This document shows, in pieces, positions 18,681 through 27,014 of a stretch of DNA of 33,709 nucleotides; position 1 is the first letter of the stretch, and each line of letters starts with the position of its first letter. The notes beneath the pieces are model-generated. The model searched no databases. It worked only from the letters and a program-made list of their open reading frames with translations, and was not told the DNA's origin. Source of the stretch: a virus (lineage: Duplodnaviria > Caudoviricetes). A program made the position numbers and the translations under genes. The stretch is from the IMG/VR virus record IMGVR_UViG_3300020397_000515, positions 1 through 33,709 of that record; one strand, 5' to 3'.

Positions 18681-19964
18681 TTATGCTCCTACTGTTTTAA
18701 AAGGGTTATATTCCATCTCAGCGTGAATCTGAGGTGGTCTTATATTTTTGTTTGTTTCTTTTATCCCACACGCTAAATATCTAAATGCATCAGCGTAATG
18801 AGATGACCAATCATGTACTGGCGTTGTTCTAAATGTCCTGGCTCTTTCATTGTATCCACGATGATACTGCCTTAGCGCATCCAAACCTGATTTACATTTT
18901 TCTGCATCAAACCAACACCTGGGTAATAACATCTGCGCTGCGTGTATTCCATCTTCCAATGGCAGCTTTGGAACTACCCTAAAATTTAAACCTAAATCCC
19001 AGGCAATTTCTCTTCTTGATTTTCCTGAACCAAGTTCACGCACCTCAATATCATGGGGTGCATAGTGATTGCCATATAAATAATTTCTTCCTGATAAAAC
19101 CTTCACATAGTGCGGTAAACCCTCACCACGATTTTCGTAACAATCTATAACATGAATAGCACGACCAATAGACTGCGTAAACCAAATGGCTGTACTATCA
19201 CCAATTCCTAGATCCCAAAACGTATCAACCTTAATTGTAGGATCATAAGGAACTTTTGAAATTCTTTGATCTTCCATAGCAGCTTCAAGTTCTTTACCAA
19301 AAATACTGCCTGGCACATTTGCAACCCAACTACATTCATATTCCTGGGCATACTGATCTGCGGTCATTGCTTCCCTAGCGCTACGCAATTCAGTTGCATT
19401 TAATATTGCTGTGTCACTTGCCTTATGTATTGCTGTATACCAGCCATCATTATTAACAGCGTGTTCATACATTTCAAAAAAAGCATTTTGCCCTTTTGGT
19501 GTTCCTACAAAATAACAAAACCCTTCACGATCAGATAGCGCTGGTCTAATTATCTCAGGAAATACCTTTTCAGGCATATCCGCCACCTCATCCATGAAAC
19601 ATCCATCTAAGTATATTCCACGAAGGCTATCAGGATTTTCTGCTCCCAGTAAGCTTATACGCCCACCATTAGGTAAATCACAACGTAATTCTGTTTCATG
19701 AAACTTAATACTGGGTATTCCACCAGCAAACTGTTTCAAATAATCCCAGGCAACAGCCTTAGCTTGTCTGTAAGTAGGTGCTAAATAAGCATATCTAGGC
19801 GCCTTCTTAGGACATAATACAGCTGCCCTTAACAAATGATTGATAGCCATTACTGTTTTACCCATCCTTCGATGACATACAATAACGCCCCATCTATACT
19901 GCTCCAGGTTTTGATGTAACTTTGCCTGAAGTTGTCTTGGTTTATAAGGTATTACAATCTGCAT
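18681..19964 (-). CDS. terL: Terminase large subunit
   Basis: Walker A HRRMGKT, Walker B FMDE, GTPKG, nuclease WDLGIGDST and SHYADAFRY. Confidence 0.95.
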   Translation of the reverse strand: MQIVIPYKPRQLQAKLHQNLEQYRWGVIVCHRRMGKTVMAINHLLRAAVLCPKKAPRYAYLAPTYRQAKAVAWDYLKQFAGGIPSIKFHETELRCDLPNGGRISLLGAENPDSLRGIYLDGCFMDEVADMPEKVFPEIIRPALSDREGFCYFVGTPKGQNAFFEMYEHAVNNDGWYTAIHKASDTAILNATELRSAREAMTADQYAQEYECSWVANVPGSIFGKELEAAMEDQRISKVPYDPTIKVDTFWDLGIGDSTAIWFTQSIGRAIHVIDCYENRGEGLPHYVKVLSGRNYLYGNHYAPHDIEVRELGSGKSRREIAWDLGLNFRVVPKLPLEDGIHAAQMLLPRCWFDAEKCKSGLDALRQYHRGYNERARTFRTTPVHDWSSHYADAFRYLACGIKETNKNIRPPQIHAEMEYNPFKTVGA

Positions 19965-20048
19965 GAACGTCAGACACTCTCTAATCTGTATTTACGCTAC
20001 AGAACTCTGCGCCTTGTCCTGGGGTATATAGGGTATATCTGTAGGAAA

Positions 20049-20082
20049 TTTGCATTTTTTTTTGCAAACATTCTGCAAACAT
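20049..20082. repeat. TGCAAACAT direct repeat plus inverted TTTGCA copy
   Basis: TGCAAACAT at 20063 and 20074 (11 bp apart); TTTGCA at 20049. Confidence 0.7.
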
Positions 20083-20218
20083 AAATAGTTCCTTCTGTAA
20101 AAATATTACTGCCACCCTTCGTTACAGTTTTCCAGGGCATCGACTTTCAAAGTCGTTCAAGCTGGGGTATCCCTCGTGCGTGTAGCTAGGTCAGGCAGAG
20201 GATGTTGTATATATACAT

Positions 20219-20632
20219 TCACCCTACTTTAACTTCACCATTATCCCAGCTTAAAGTTATACTGTTATCAACAGCAACGCTTGGTTCATCCTTCTTATCT
20301 CTAAGACCATAAGGCTGTATCCTGGCAAGTGTCCACTTCAACGTATCAATCTCTAACCTTCTACGCTGTACCTCAGCATTCAGCAATCTATTGTCTACAC
20401 TTTCAGGTAAAGGCTGCACAGCTAGATCATTAATATAATCTGAATAATACTCAGCTTGTAATACTCTACCTTTACGATAGATCTCCCACAACTCGTCATC
20501 ATCCTGAACTGCCCTGGTCACAGATCTATAACTTGGCATACCTTTTGTTTTACAAATAGTAACCAGGCTTTCACCACAAGCTAAACGATTAGCTATGTTT
20601 GTCATCACTATTTTGTTCACTATCTTTGCCAT
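20219..20632 (-). CDS. terS: Terminase small subunit
   Basis: IANRLACGESLVTIC...GMPS...RRLEIDTLKW (Sf6-type) motif; upstream of TerL. Confidence 0.8.
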   Translation of the reverse strand: MAKIVNKIVMTNIANRLACGESLVTICKTKGMPSYRSVTRAVQDDDELWEIYRKGRVLQAEYYSDYINDLAVQPLPESVDNRLLNAEVQRRRLEIDTLKWTLARIQPYGLRDKKDEPSVAVDNSITLSWDNGEVKVG

Positions 20633-20774
20633 ATAACTTTTCACCAATAGATACGTTGCACATTATACAAACAAACTCGAACAATCTTCCATAGTTATCC
20701 ATGTGCCATTTACCAACTAAAGCGGTTTTACATCGTTCACAAAGCAATAATGTCTGATTGTCTTTTTCTGTCAT
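20589..20774 (-). CDS. Small Zn-finger protein
   Basis: CERC...CIMC. Confidence 0.5.
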   Translation of the reverse strand: MTEKDNQTLLLCERCKTALVGKWHMDNYGRLFEFVCIMCNVSIGEKLYGKDSEQNSDDKHS

Positions 20775-20801
20775 GACACAATATCTAGTGCCATTTTAAT
20801 A

Positions 20802-20818
20802 TAAATATGCCATATTTA
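20802..20818. promoter_or_regulatory. Perfect inverted repeat upstream of the late operon
   Basis: TAAATATG-C-CATATTTA. Confidence 0.45.
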
Positions 20819-20828
20819 ATGTCATTCG

Positions 20829-21221
20829 TCATCTTTTATTAATCTTATAATACAACTTAATTAACGCTTCTCGATACCTTCTTCTAACAATACGATGATC
20901 ATTTAAGCGCAATATCCTGGCAATCTTAGTCCATTGTATCCCTCTATCTCGATAAGCAGCTGAATGTGCAACTGCCCAAACAAGCTTTCTATCAGGGATA
21001 TCCATCAATGCCAGGTAGTCTGCAATTTTATCATACCTGGTAATCTCAGCAGCTGTCGCTGATAGCTTCATCTCACTTTTACCATCCCAGCCATAACTAC
21101 CCCACTCATTAACGTAATCCATCCAAAAAGACATTTTTTGCTTTCTAATAACTGGTGGCAACTTTCTATCAGTTTCAGCAGCTTCTAAAAATAAGTCATG
21201 TATTTGATCTATGCTTGTCAT
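20829..21221 (-). CDS. Putative late transcription regulator (C-terminal HTH)
   Basis: EAAETDRKLP; DRKLVWAVA...IQWTKIARIL...VRRRYREAL sigma-region-4-like; lies just before the packaging genes; AAGGAAG RBS. Confidence 0.6.
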   Translation of the reverse strand: MTSIDQIHDLFLEAAETDRKLPPVIRKQKMSFWMDYVNEWGSYGWDGKSEMKLSATAAEITRYDKIADYLALMDIPDRKLVWAVAHSAAYRDRGIQWTKIARILRLNDHRIVRRRYREALIKLYYKINKR

Positions 21222-21606
21222 ACTTCCTTTCTGCCTGGTTAATCCAATCAAGCTTCTCAAAGTAGCTGACATTCTGTAATGCTCTAATCACATCCATGTA
21301 GCCATCTGAAGAATAATGAGGTCGTATCAAACGTAACACTCGATCTAATCTAAAATTTAGATCGTCAATCTGTCTACGCTCTTTTGCTCTTTTATAATTG
21401 TAGCTGAAATTTTTTGTGGTTTTGTTAAGAACATTTTTTACAGCATTCTGCATAGTAGAGTTTACTGTAAAGTTTGCTTTTTCTTTAACAATATTATTTT
21501 TAGGAACTTTGTCTTGTACAATCTTCTGCATACTTTGCTGTAAAGTATGCAGTAAAGTTTGCCTTTGAATCAAAATTTTATCTTTTTCTTTTTTTTCGTC
21601 AATCAT
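21196..21606 (-). CDS. Hypothetical protein
   Basis: ORF track; coupled to its neighbours. Confidence 0.6.
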   Translation of the reverse strand: MIDEKKEKDKILIQRQTLLHTLQQSMQKIVQDKVPKNNIVKEKANFTVNSTMQNAVKNVLNKTTKNFSYNYKRAKERRQIDDLNFRLDRVLRLIRPHYSSDGYMDVIRALQNVSYFEKLDWINQAERKYDKHRSNT

Positions 21607-21886
21607 TTTTTTCTTCCAATGCAGCAGCTATATATTTGTAATTCCCACCATCTACCGCATGATCCCTTTTATACCCACCTACATCCCACCTGGTATTTTT
21701 AAGTTCGCTCAATAATCTTGCGGTATCAGCTGGTAAAACAACCTCACCTTCTTTTAATTTATTTTTTAAAACTAATGTTGCACGAATTGCAAAGTTCTCA
21801 AAAACTTCTTCATAGTTTCCGTATTCTTTTCCACGCTGATTTAATATCGATGCAGCTTCTTTTGCTATTTGTTGTGGTTTACTCAA
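21599..21886 (-). CDS. DUF6378-like helical (MazG/dATP-diphosphohydrolase-related) protein
   Basis: EAASILNQRGKEYG...FENFA...LKNTR...DHAVDGGNY pattern. Confidence 0.6.
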   Translation of the reverse strand: MSKPQQIAKEAASILNQRGKEYGNYEEVFENFAIRATLVLKNKLKEGEVVLPADTARLLSELKNTRWDVGGYKRDHAVDGGNYKYIAAALEEKND

Positions 21887-22190
21887 GTCCTAACTCCCTT
21901 AAACTTATATTATCATCGTCATCAAACTCATCAAAATCGTCAAACCTTGTTCTAGGCTGTTTAGATCGCCTTACAGCTGGTTTAGTTTTCCTGGGTACTT
22001 TTGTATCCATAACCATTTGATTTGGCGCTCTACGCAGCTTATTTAGGTCTAAAAATTCCTGAAGTCTTGTTTCAACTGTATAAAATGAATGATTGCAGCT
22101 AACACATACCCTTCTGCGTTTCACCTGGTTGTTTTCATAGGCTCGACTATCTTTGACCTGGGTAGGTTTTTTGCAAACAGTACAGTTCAT
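21879..22190 (-). CDS. NrdR-type N-terminal Zn-ribbon protein
   Basis: MNCTVC...TQVKDSR...VKRRRVCVSCNHSFYTVE; lacks the ATP-cone. Confidence 0.75.
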   Translation of the reverse strand: MNCTVCKKPTQVKDSRAYENNQVKRRRVCVSCNHSFYTVETRLQEFLDLNKLRRAPNQMVMDTKVPRKTKPAVRRSKQPRTRFDDFDEFDDDDNISLRELGLE

Positions 22191-22408
22191 CCAAATAATT
22201 CCAGCTGTGTTTTTACAAATGAATTGTGATCTTTTTTATTATAATTAACTACAGTTCCATGGTTAAGTTTCCACAGTTCATCCATAAGATTGTCAAACTC
22301 CCTGGGGTTTTTCTTTTGTAATTTTAAATACAAATCTAACAGTTCGTAATGTCCATCACTTTTTAATCTTTTAAACCAAGCTTTCCACCAATCTTGATCA
22401 ACTCTCAT
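22187..22408 (-). CDS. Hypothetical protein
   Basis: ORF track; ATGA overlaps on both sides. Confidence 0.6.
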   Translation of the reverse strand: MRVDQDWWKAWFKRLKSDGHYELLDLYLKLQKKNPREFDNLMDELWKLNHGTVVNYNKKDHNSFVKTQLELFG

Positions 22409-22824
22409 AATCCAAGCTGCCTTGCCATGCCTTCAATAACCTGGCTCTTTGCTGTTTCTTTTACTTCAATCAAGTTTGTTAAAAATAATTTAAGCTTTGC
22501 AAAATTATCTATAACACCAACTATTGCACCAGCTTCACGAAGCTGCTCATGAACTTCTTTTTGTCTTTTCGTAGCTTTGCCGCCAGGTCTTTTCAATTCA
22601 ATAAATATTGTTGTGGGTATGCCGCTCCAAAAATACTTTGTTGGCACAAACAAACAAAGATCAGGAAACCCAGTTTTCATCCCCATGTTTTTCATTTTGA
22701 CCATGTAATTAACATGACGCTTACCTTCATTGGGTGAGTGATGATAAAAACATCCTTTAGGCAATGACGCATCTAACCAATCAACAACAAGTTTTTGAAA
22801 TTGATATTCTGTAATCTTTACCAT
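22405..22824 (-). CDS. VRR-NUC nuclease
   Basis: HHSPNEGKR, GMKTGFPDL, FIELK, GKATKRQ. Confidence 0.9.
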   Translation of the reverse strand: MVKITEYQFQKLVVDWLDASLPKGCFYHHSPNEGKRHVNYMVKMKNMGMKTGFPDLCLFVPTKYFWSGIPTTIFIELKRPGGKATKRQKEVHEQLREAGAIVGVIDNFAKLKLFLTNLIEVKETAKSQVIEGMARQLGL

Positions 22825-23033
22825 TTTTGTTCTGCATAAAAATCATTAGGCGTAACTGCACCACCAGTAACTGTCATTATTGCAATCATAAATTTTAACT
22901 TTGGAATCATGTGATCTTTATGTTCTTTTGGTAAACAATAACGCCTGGCAACTGTAGCATGAGAAACACCTATCAGCTTGGCTAGTCTTGCATAACTTAA
23001 ATTATTTTGATCTTTATATTCTTTTAATGTCAT
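22818..23033 (-). CDS. Cro-like HTH regulator
   Basis: MTLKEY...LSYARLAKLIGVSHATVARRYC...TGGAVTPNDF. Confidence 0.85.
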   Translation of the reverse strand: MTLKEYKDQNNLSYARLAKLIGVSHATVARRYCLPKEHKDHMIPKLKFMIAIMTVTGGAVTPNDFYAEQKW

Positions 23034-23113
23034 GAGTAATTAATAATTAATTTGACAGAAAAAGTCAATCTATGTTATCTATTCCCATACTGTAACAATA
23101 GAGGTAATTTAGT
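23034..23113. promoter_or_regulatory. Divergent overlapping promoters (genetic switch region)
   Basis: TTGACA (+, 23052) and TTGACT (-, 23068) form TTGAC-N7-GTCAA; minus strand TTGACT-N17-TATTAA. Confidence 0.65.
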
Positions 23114-24043
23114 ATGAATACATTCCCAAGCATACCTAAATGGGCATCCAACAAAAACTACCTTTGGCATTCTAATCCTGAAAGCAGACCTATTTGTAGA
23201 ACGCTTTTTGATAAATGTGTGATTAGACCAAAAGTAAATATTGCCTATGAAATTTTAAAAGGTGAAAGAAAAGGTGATAAAGACGCAGCATCTAAAACTG
23301 TAGATTTTTATAATAATGACGCAGCTAAAATGGCAGCTGGTCGAATAACACAACAACTACTTAACGATTATCTAGTCGATCACAAAGCTGATACCCTGGA
23401 TGATTGTGTTGACGCTGGTAAAGAATTATTTGCTGAATATAAACCCAGGACATGGGATGAAGGCAAAGATCAAAACCAGCTGGAAATTTGTGTTGGTAGT
23501 TTTTTTGATGTTTTTAAAAACGCATTACAAGCTTTAGAAGAAGCACAAAACAAACTGCGCATAAATAAACTATCAGGTGAAGAAGATTATATGTTTCAAG
23601 TACCTGGTCTTCAATTAGAGTACAGCGGTAAGCCTGACTTTAATGGTCAAATAGAATTAAAAACTACCTGGGCAACTTATAGCAAGCTTATGGCGTCAGG
23701 TAGAAGATCAGCTTCAATACCTACACAACCGCAATGGTCACACTTATGCCAGGTTGCTGGATATTGGGCAAGAAATCGTAAACCGCAAGCTTTAGTTTAT
23801 GTTAACGAAAAAAACTACAGAGTGTTTACTGAAGAAAATTGTGAAAAATTATCTGAAGAATCATTACAAAACATATGGAATTTTATTGTAAACAAATGCC
23901 GCATTCGTGAAAATTTGTTGCAATCATCAAATTCAATTCAAGATTTACTTGGTTTGATTGAGCCTGATTTTAGCCATATGTGGGCATGGGATCTACATCC
24001 TGATGTATTAAAAGAAGCAAAACAACAATGGGGGTTTGTATGA
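23114..24043 (+). CDS. PD-(D/E)XK exonuclease-like protein
   Basis: GKPDF...IELKT and QVAGY motifs; GAGG RBS. Confidence 0.75.
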   Translation: MNTFPSIPKWASNKNYLWHSNPESRPICRTLFDKCVIRPKVNIAYEILKGERKGDKDAASKTVDFYNNDAAKMAAGRITQQLLNDYLVDHKADTLDDCVDAGKELFAEYKPRTWDEGKDQNQLEICVGSFFDVFKNALQALEEAQNKLRINKLSGEEDYMFQVPGLQLEYSGKPDFNGQIELKTTWATYSKLMASGRRSASIPTQPQWSHLCQVAGYWARNRKPQALVYVNEKNYRVFTEENCEKLSEESLQNIWNFIVNKCRIRENLLQSSNSIQDLLGLIEPDFSHMWAWDLHPDVLKEAKQQWGFV

Positions 24044-24186
24044 ACAAAAAATATTTAAAGCTTGCGTTTCTTGAAGCTAATAAAGACGCAAAAAAATATA
24101 TGAATGAGTACTTAAAACTTATAATTGAAGTGCTTGGTTTTTTCATGGTTGTGATTTTTTTATTATTTATATGGATAATAACATGA
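24040..24186 (+). CDS. Small membrane protein (48 aa, not in ORF track)
   Basis: MNKKYLKLAF...LIIEVLGFFMVVIFLLFIWIIT; ATGA overlaps on both sides. Confidence 0.6.
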   Translation: MNKKYLKLAFLEANKDAKKYMNEYLKLIIEVLGFFMVVIFLLFIWIIT

Positions 24187-24521
24187 ATCAAATCAGTATG
24201 TTTGAAAGCTTAGAGTTACCTAGAAATGTAAGGGAAGCTAAGTTTTTAGAGTTCCACGCCAAGTATCCAATAGTTTATGAACTGTGGGATAAATTCACAA
24301 AAGAATGTATATCCAGGGGCATGAACAAGGTTGGCGCAGCTTTAATCATGGAACGAATTAGATGGGAAACTAGTGTTACAATTCAAGACGCTAGACCTGA
24401 TGGAGAAAAGATTAAAATAAATGATCATCACAAAGCTTATTATTCAAGGCTTTGGATGAAGAATAACCCAGCTTATAAGGGTTTATTTAATACGAGAGGA
24501 GTAGAAGGAAGTGAAATTTGA
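24183..24521 (+). CDS. Conserved phage hypothetical protein
   Basis: FLEFHAKYPIVY...ERIRWE...KINDHHKAYYSRL pattern. Confidence 0.65.
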   Translation: MNQISMFESLELPRNVREAKFLEFHAKYPIVYELWDKFTKECISRGMNKVGAALIMERIRWETSVTIQDARPDGEKIKINDHHKAYYSRLWMKNNPAYKGLFNTRGVEGSEI

Positions 24522-25125
24522 GGATATAATTAACGAAATAAAAGCTATTGATAAAGTCGATATCAAGGGTAAAGCATATACAACTGTAGCAACAAGAGTA
24601 GAAGTTTTTAGAAAATTTTTTGGTTTTGATTATGCAATAAATACAGAACTGCTAGTCGATGATGGCAAAAGAATTTTGATGAAAGCAACCATAACCAATA
24701 AAGAAGGTAATGTTGTAGGCGTTGGTCATGCTGAAGAAATTAGAGGATCAGGATATTTTCCAACTGGTGATAAAAGAAATATAAACACTACATCAGCGGT
24801 TGAGAATTGTGAAACCAGCTGTATTGGTCGTGCGCTTTCGTCATTATCTTTACATGGTGGTGAGTATGCTTCAGCAAATGAAATTCAAATTGCTGAGGAC
24901 AAAAAAAAGAAAATTGAAAAAACAGATAACAATCAAGAACAAAAAATTGATTGGAAAGCTTGGGTTGATCAACAAAAAGAATTGTTAGACAAAATGTCTA
25001 AGAATGGTTTAGTTGCTTGGGCAGCTAAAGAGGAAGCAAACCTGGTAAAAATAAGCAAAGAAAATAAACAACAACATACTGTAATTTTTGAATATTGGAA
25101 GGAGAAAAAAAATGGCAGCACCTAA
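24511..25125 (+). CDS. Rad52/Sak-like single-strand annealing protein
   Basis: IKGKAYTTVATRV, GHAEEIRG, INTTSAVENCETSCIGRAL; GTG start. Confidence 0.75.
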   Translation: MKFEDIINEIKAIDKVDIKGKAYTTVATRVEVFRKFFGFDYAINTELLVDDGKRILMKATITNKEGNVVGVGHAEEIRGSGYFPTGDKRNINTTSAVENCETSCIGRALSSLSLHGGEYASANEIQIAEDKKKKIEKTDNNQEQKIDWKAWVDQQKELLDKMSKNGLVAWAAKEEANLVKISKENKQQHTVIFEYWKEKKNGST

Positions 25126-25417
25126 TTTTAAAAATTCAAAACTTAGATTGGATGCATCAATAAATTCAACTGATAGAATATCTGTTTCTTTTTGGTTAAA
25201 TATTGATGATGCAGAATTATCAAATCAAATAGAAGCTTATTATGCTATAGCAAATAAACAGCCAAGCATACAGCTGCAAAGAAACGATGGTAATTATATT
25301 ACTGTTGCAAGCGCTAATTTGTTTTTACCTGATGAAGTAAAAGCAAAACATCAAGCTTCTAATCCAGGAAATACAACAAGCATGGGGGAAAGCGATGACC
25401 ATTTCCCTGGAGCATAA
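25112..25417 (+). CDS. Hypothetical protein, possibly SSB-like
   Basis: Follows the annealase; acidic/aromatic tail ESDDHFPGA; GGAG RBS. Confidence 0.45.
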   Translation: MAAPNFKNSKLRLDASINSTDRISVSFWLNIDDAELSNQIEAYYAIANKQPSIQLQRNDGNYITVASANLFLPDEVKAKHQASNPGNTTSMGESDDHFPGA

Positions 25418-25619
25418 AACATTATTCAAACCTAAAGAAGTAGCCATTAGATTTTTTGGAAATTTCAATGATGCAAATAGAAAAAAAATTTACCGCTGGA
25501 TTCAACAAGGTAAAATAAAAGTAGTAAAAGATAACAGAAACTATTACATACCCAAGAATGAAATAGAAAGAGTTGAAGCGCATCTTGGTGCTGTTATCGA
25601 TAGTAAGGTGGGGGGTTAA
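25395..25619 (+). CDS. xis: Excisionase-like MerR-type HTH protein
   Basis: LFKPKEVA...IYRWIQQGKIK...YYIPKNEIER; convergent with the integrase operon. Confidence 0.7.
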   Translation: MTISLEHKTLFKPKEVAIRFFGNFNDANRKKIYRWIQQGKIKVVKDNRNYYIPKNEIERVEAHLGAVIDSKVGG

Positions 25620-25627
25620 ACCCCACC
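25607..25627. terminator. GC hairpin at the convergent gene junction
   Basis: GGTGGGG-N7-CCCCACC spanning both stop codons; no clear U tract. Confidence 0.45.
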
Positions 25628-25864
25628 ATACAATTTTAGTTTTTTAAGAGTTGCCCTTGCGCTCTGTATCAATCCTTTTTCAACAGTAAGTACACCTAGC
25701 GCACCACATTCTGAATAATAATCAGCATCATCTTCTAGTTCATTTAAAAGTGATTTATCTTTAGTACAAATAAAATAATGAGTTTTTGTTTCTTTTAATA
25801 TCTTTGGACTAGGTAAATCTCTAGCAACATGATCATCGTAAAACATTTTAGTAATTTTTAACAT
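25616..25864 (-). CDS. Hypothetical protein (82 aa) downstream of integrase
   Basis: Start MLKITK at 25864 with GGAG RBS inside the integrase 3' end. Confidence 0.65.
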   Translation of the reverse strand: MLKITKMFYDDHVARDLPSPKILKETKTHYFICTKDKSLLNELEDDADYYSECGALGVLTVEKGLIQSARATLKKLKLYGGV

Positions 25865-25882
25865 TTTAAACTCCACCATACA
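25616..25882. repeat. 17-bp direct repeat pair (16/17 identical)
   Basis: TTAAACCCCACCATACA at 25616 and TTAAACTCCACCATACA at 25866. Confidence 0.8.
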
Positions 25883-27014
25883 TTGCTTCAGCTGCGGCTG
25901 CTCTAGTCTTTTCTTGCTTCTTGTCATTTTGAACATAATGACCATACTGCTTGTAAGTAAAGTTTGGTGTACTATGCCCCATAAGAGCAGCTACAGTTGA
26001 CCAATCTTCACCCAGGCTAGATAGCTGTACTGAAGCATAAAAGTGTCGCATATCACCCCATAAAATCCTATCAACACCAGCTTCCTGGCAAACTCTCTTG
26101 ATAACTTTATCGAGTACCTTTTGCATTTTTGGTGTACCATTAGAACTAGCAAATACTAAATCATCATCCTTGCTGTACTTTGATTGCAGCTTCAACACCT
26201 TTAATTCACTAATAGTCTTAGCATCAACTGGTATAGATCTTCTGCCACGCTTAGTTTTAGGCGCCCCAATGATTTGTGTTCCATGCTTTACTGCGCCTTC
26301 AACTTTAATCATATGATTATCAAAATCTATACTTGACCATTTCAACGCTCTTAACTCACCTTGCCTTATACCAGTTGCCAGGGATACAATGACCATACAG
26401 CGGTCTAATTGATTTTCAGCTGGTAAACCCTTGGAAACAATCTTTTGTATTGTAGTAGGCTGTATTCTAGGCGCTCTATCAGATACTTCTTTAGACATAC
26501 CCAAAGAAACTTTGTCCATCACATTGATAGCTGCCCAGCCTTTACGCACACAATAGTTAAAAAACATTTTCAAAAACTTAATTCTTTTCTCAGCTGTTGC
26601 TCTTGATTTACCTTCTGCCTGGATACCTTTAAGTAAGGCGTCAGATAATTCATCCTTGTTTTGTTGTGTCATTATGTTCATTTCGTGACGCTTCAATAAC
26701 TTGCCATCAATGGATATAGATAAAACAAACTCAATAGATTTAACAAGATCAGAATAAAATGATGGTGATGTACTATCATCCATAACCCTCTCATATTGAT
26801 ACTTCATAAATCTAGCAGCTGCTTCATCAACCTTAGATATTTCAATTCTTTCAATCAAAGAACCAGTTAGAAATTTAGCTTTGAGAATACCAGCTTCTTC
26901 TATTGCTTCTTGCTTAGTTTCGTAGTTACCAAAAGCGTGTGAGTAACCCACACGCCTGGCATCTATTACCCAGTAGTTTCTTGACTTCCATAGTCTTACT
27001 TTAAGATCTTTCAT
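25866..27014 (-). CDS. int: Tyrosine recombinase/integrase
   Basis: TGIRQGELRALKW, PKT, DMRHFYAS, LMGHS, catalytic Y in YKQYGH. Confidence 0.92.
   Translation of the reverse strand: MKDLKVRLWKSRNYWVIDARRVGYSHAFGNYETKQEAIEEAGILKAKFLTGSLIERIEISKVDEAAARFMKYQYERVMDDSTSPSFYSDLVKSIEFVLSISIDGKLLKRHEMNIMTQQNKDELSDALLKGIQAEGKSRATAEKRIKFLKMFFNYCVRKGWAAINVMDKVSLGMSKEVSDRAPRIQPTTIQKIVSKGLPAENQLDRCMVIVSLATGIRQGELRALKWSSIDFDNHMIKVEGAVKHGTQIIGAPKTKRGRRSIPVDAKTISELKVLKLQSKYSKDDDLVFASSNGTPKMQKVLDKVIKRVCQEAGVDRILWGDMRHFYASVQLSSLGEDWSTVAALMGHSTPNFTYKQYGHYVQNDKKQEKTRAAAAEAMYGGV

Noticed and set aside
20776-20794. Sigma54-like TGGCAC at the late promoter
   Set aside because: The GC dinucleotide is absent at the GG-N10 position
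23970-24191. 73-aa minus-strand ORF
   Set aside because: Antisense to a coupled plus-strand operon; the 48-aa plus ORF at 24040-24186 fits better
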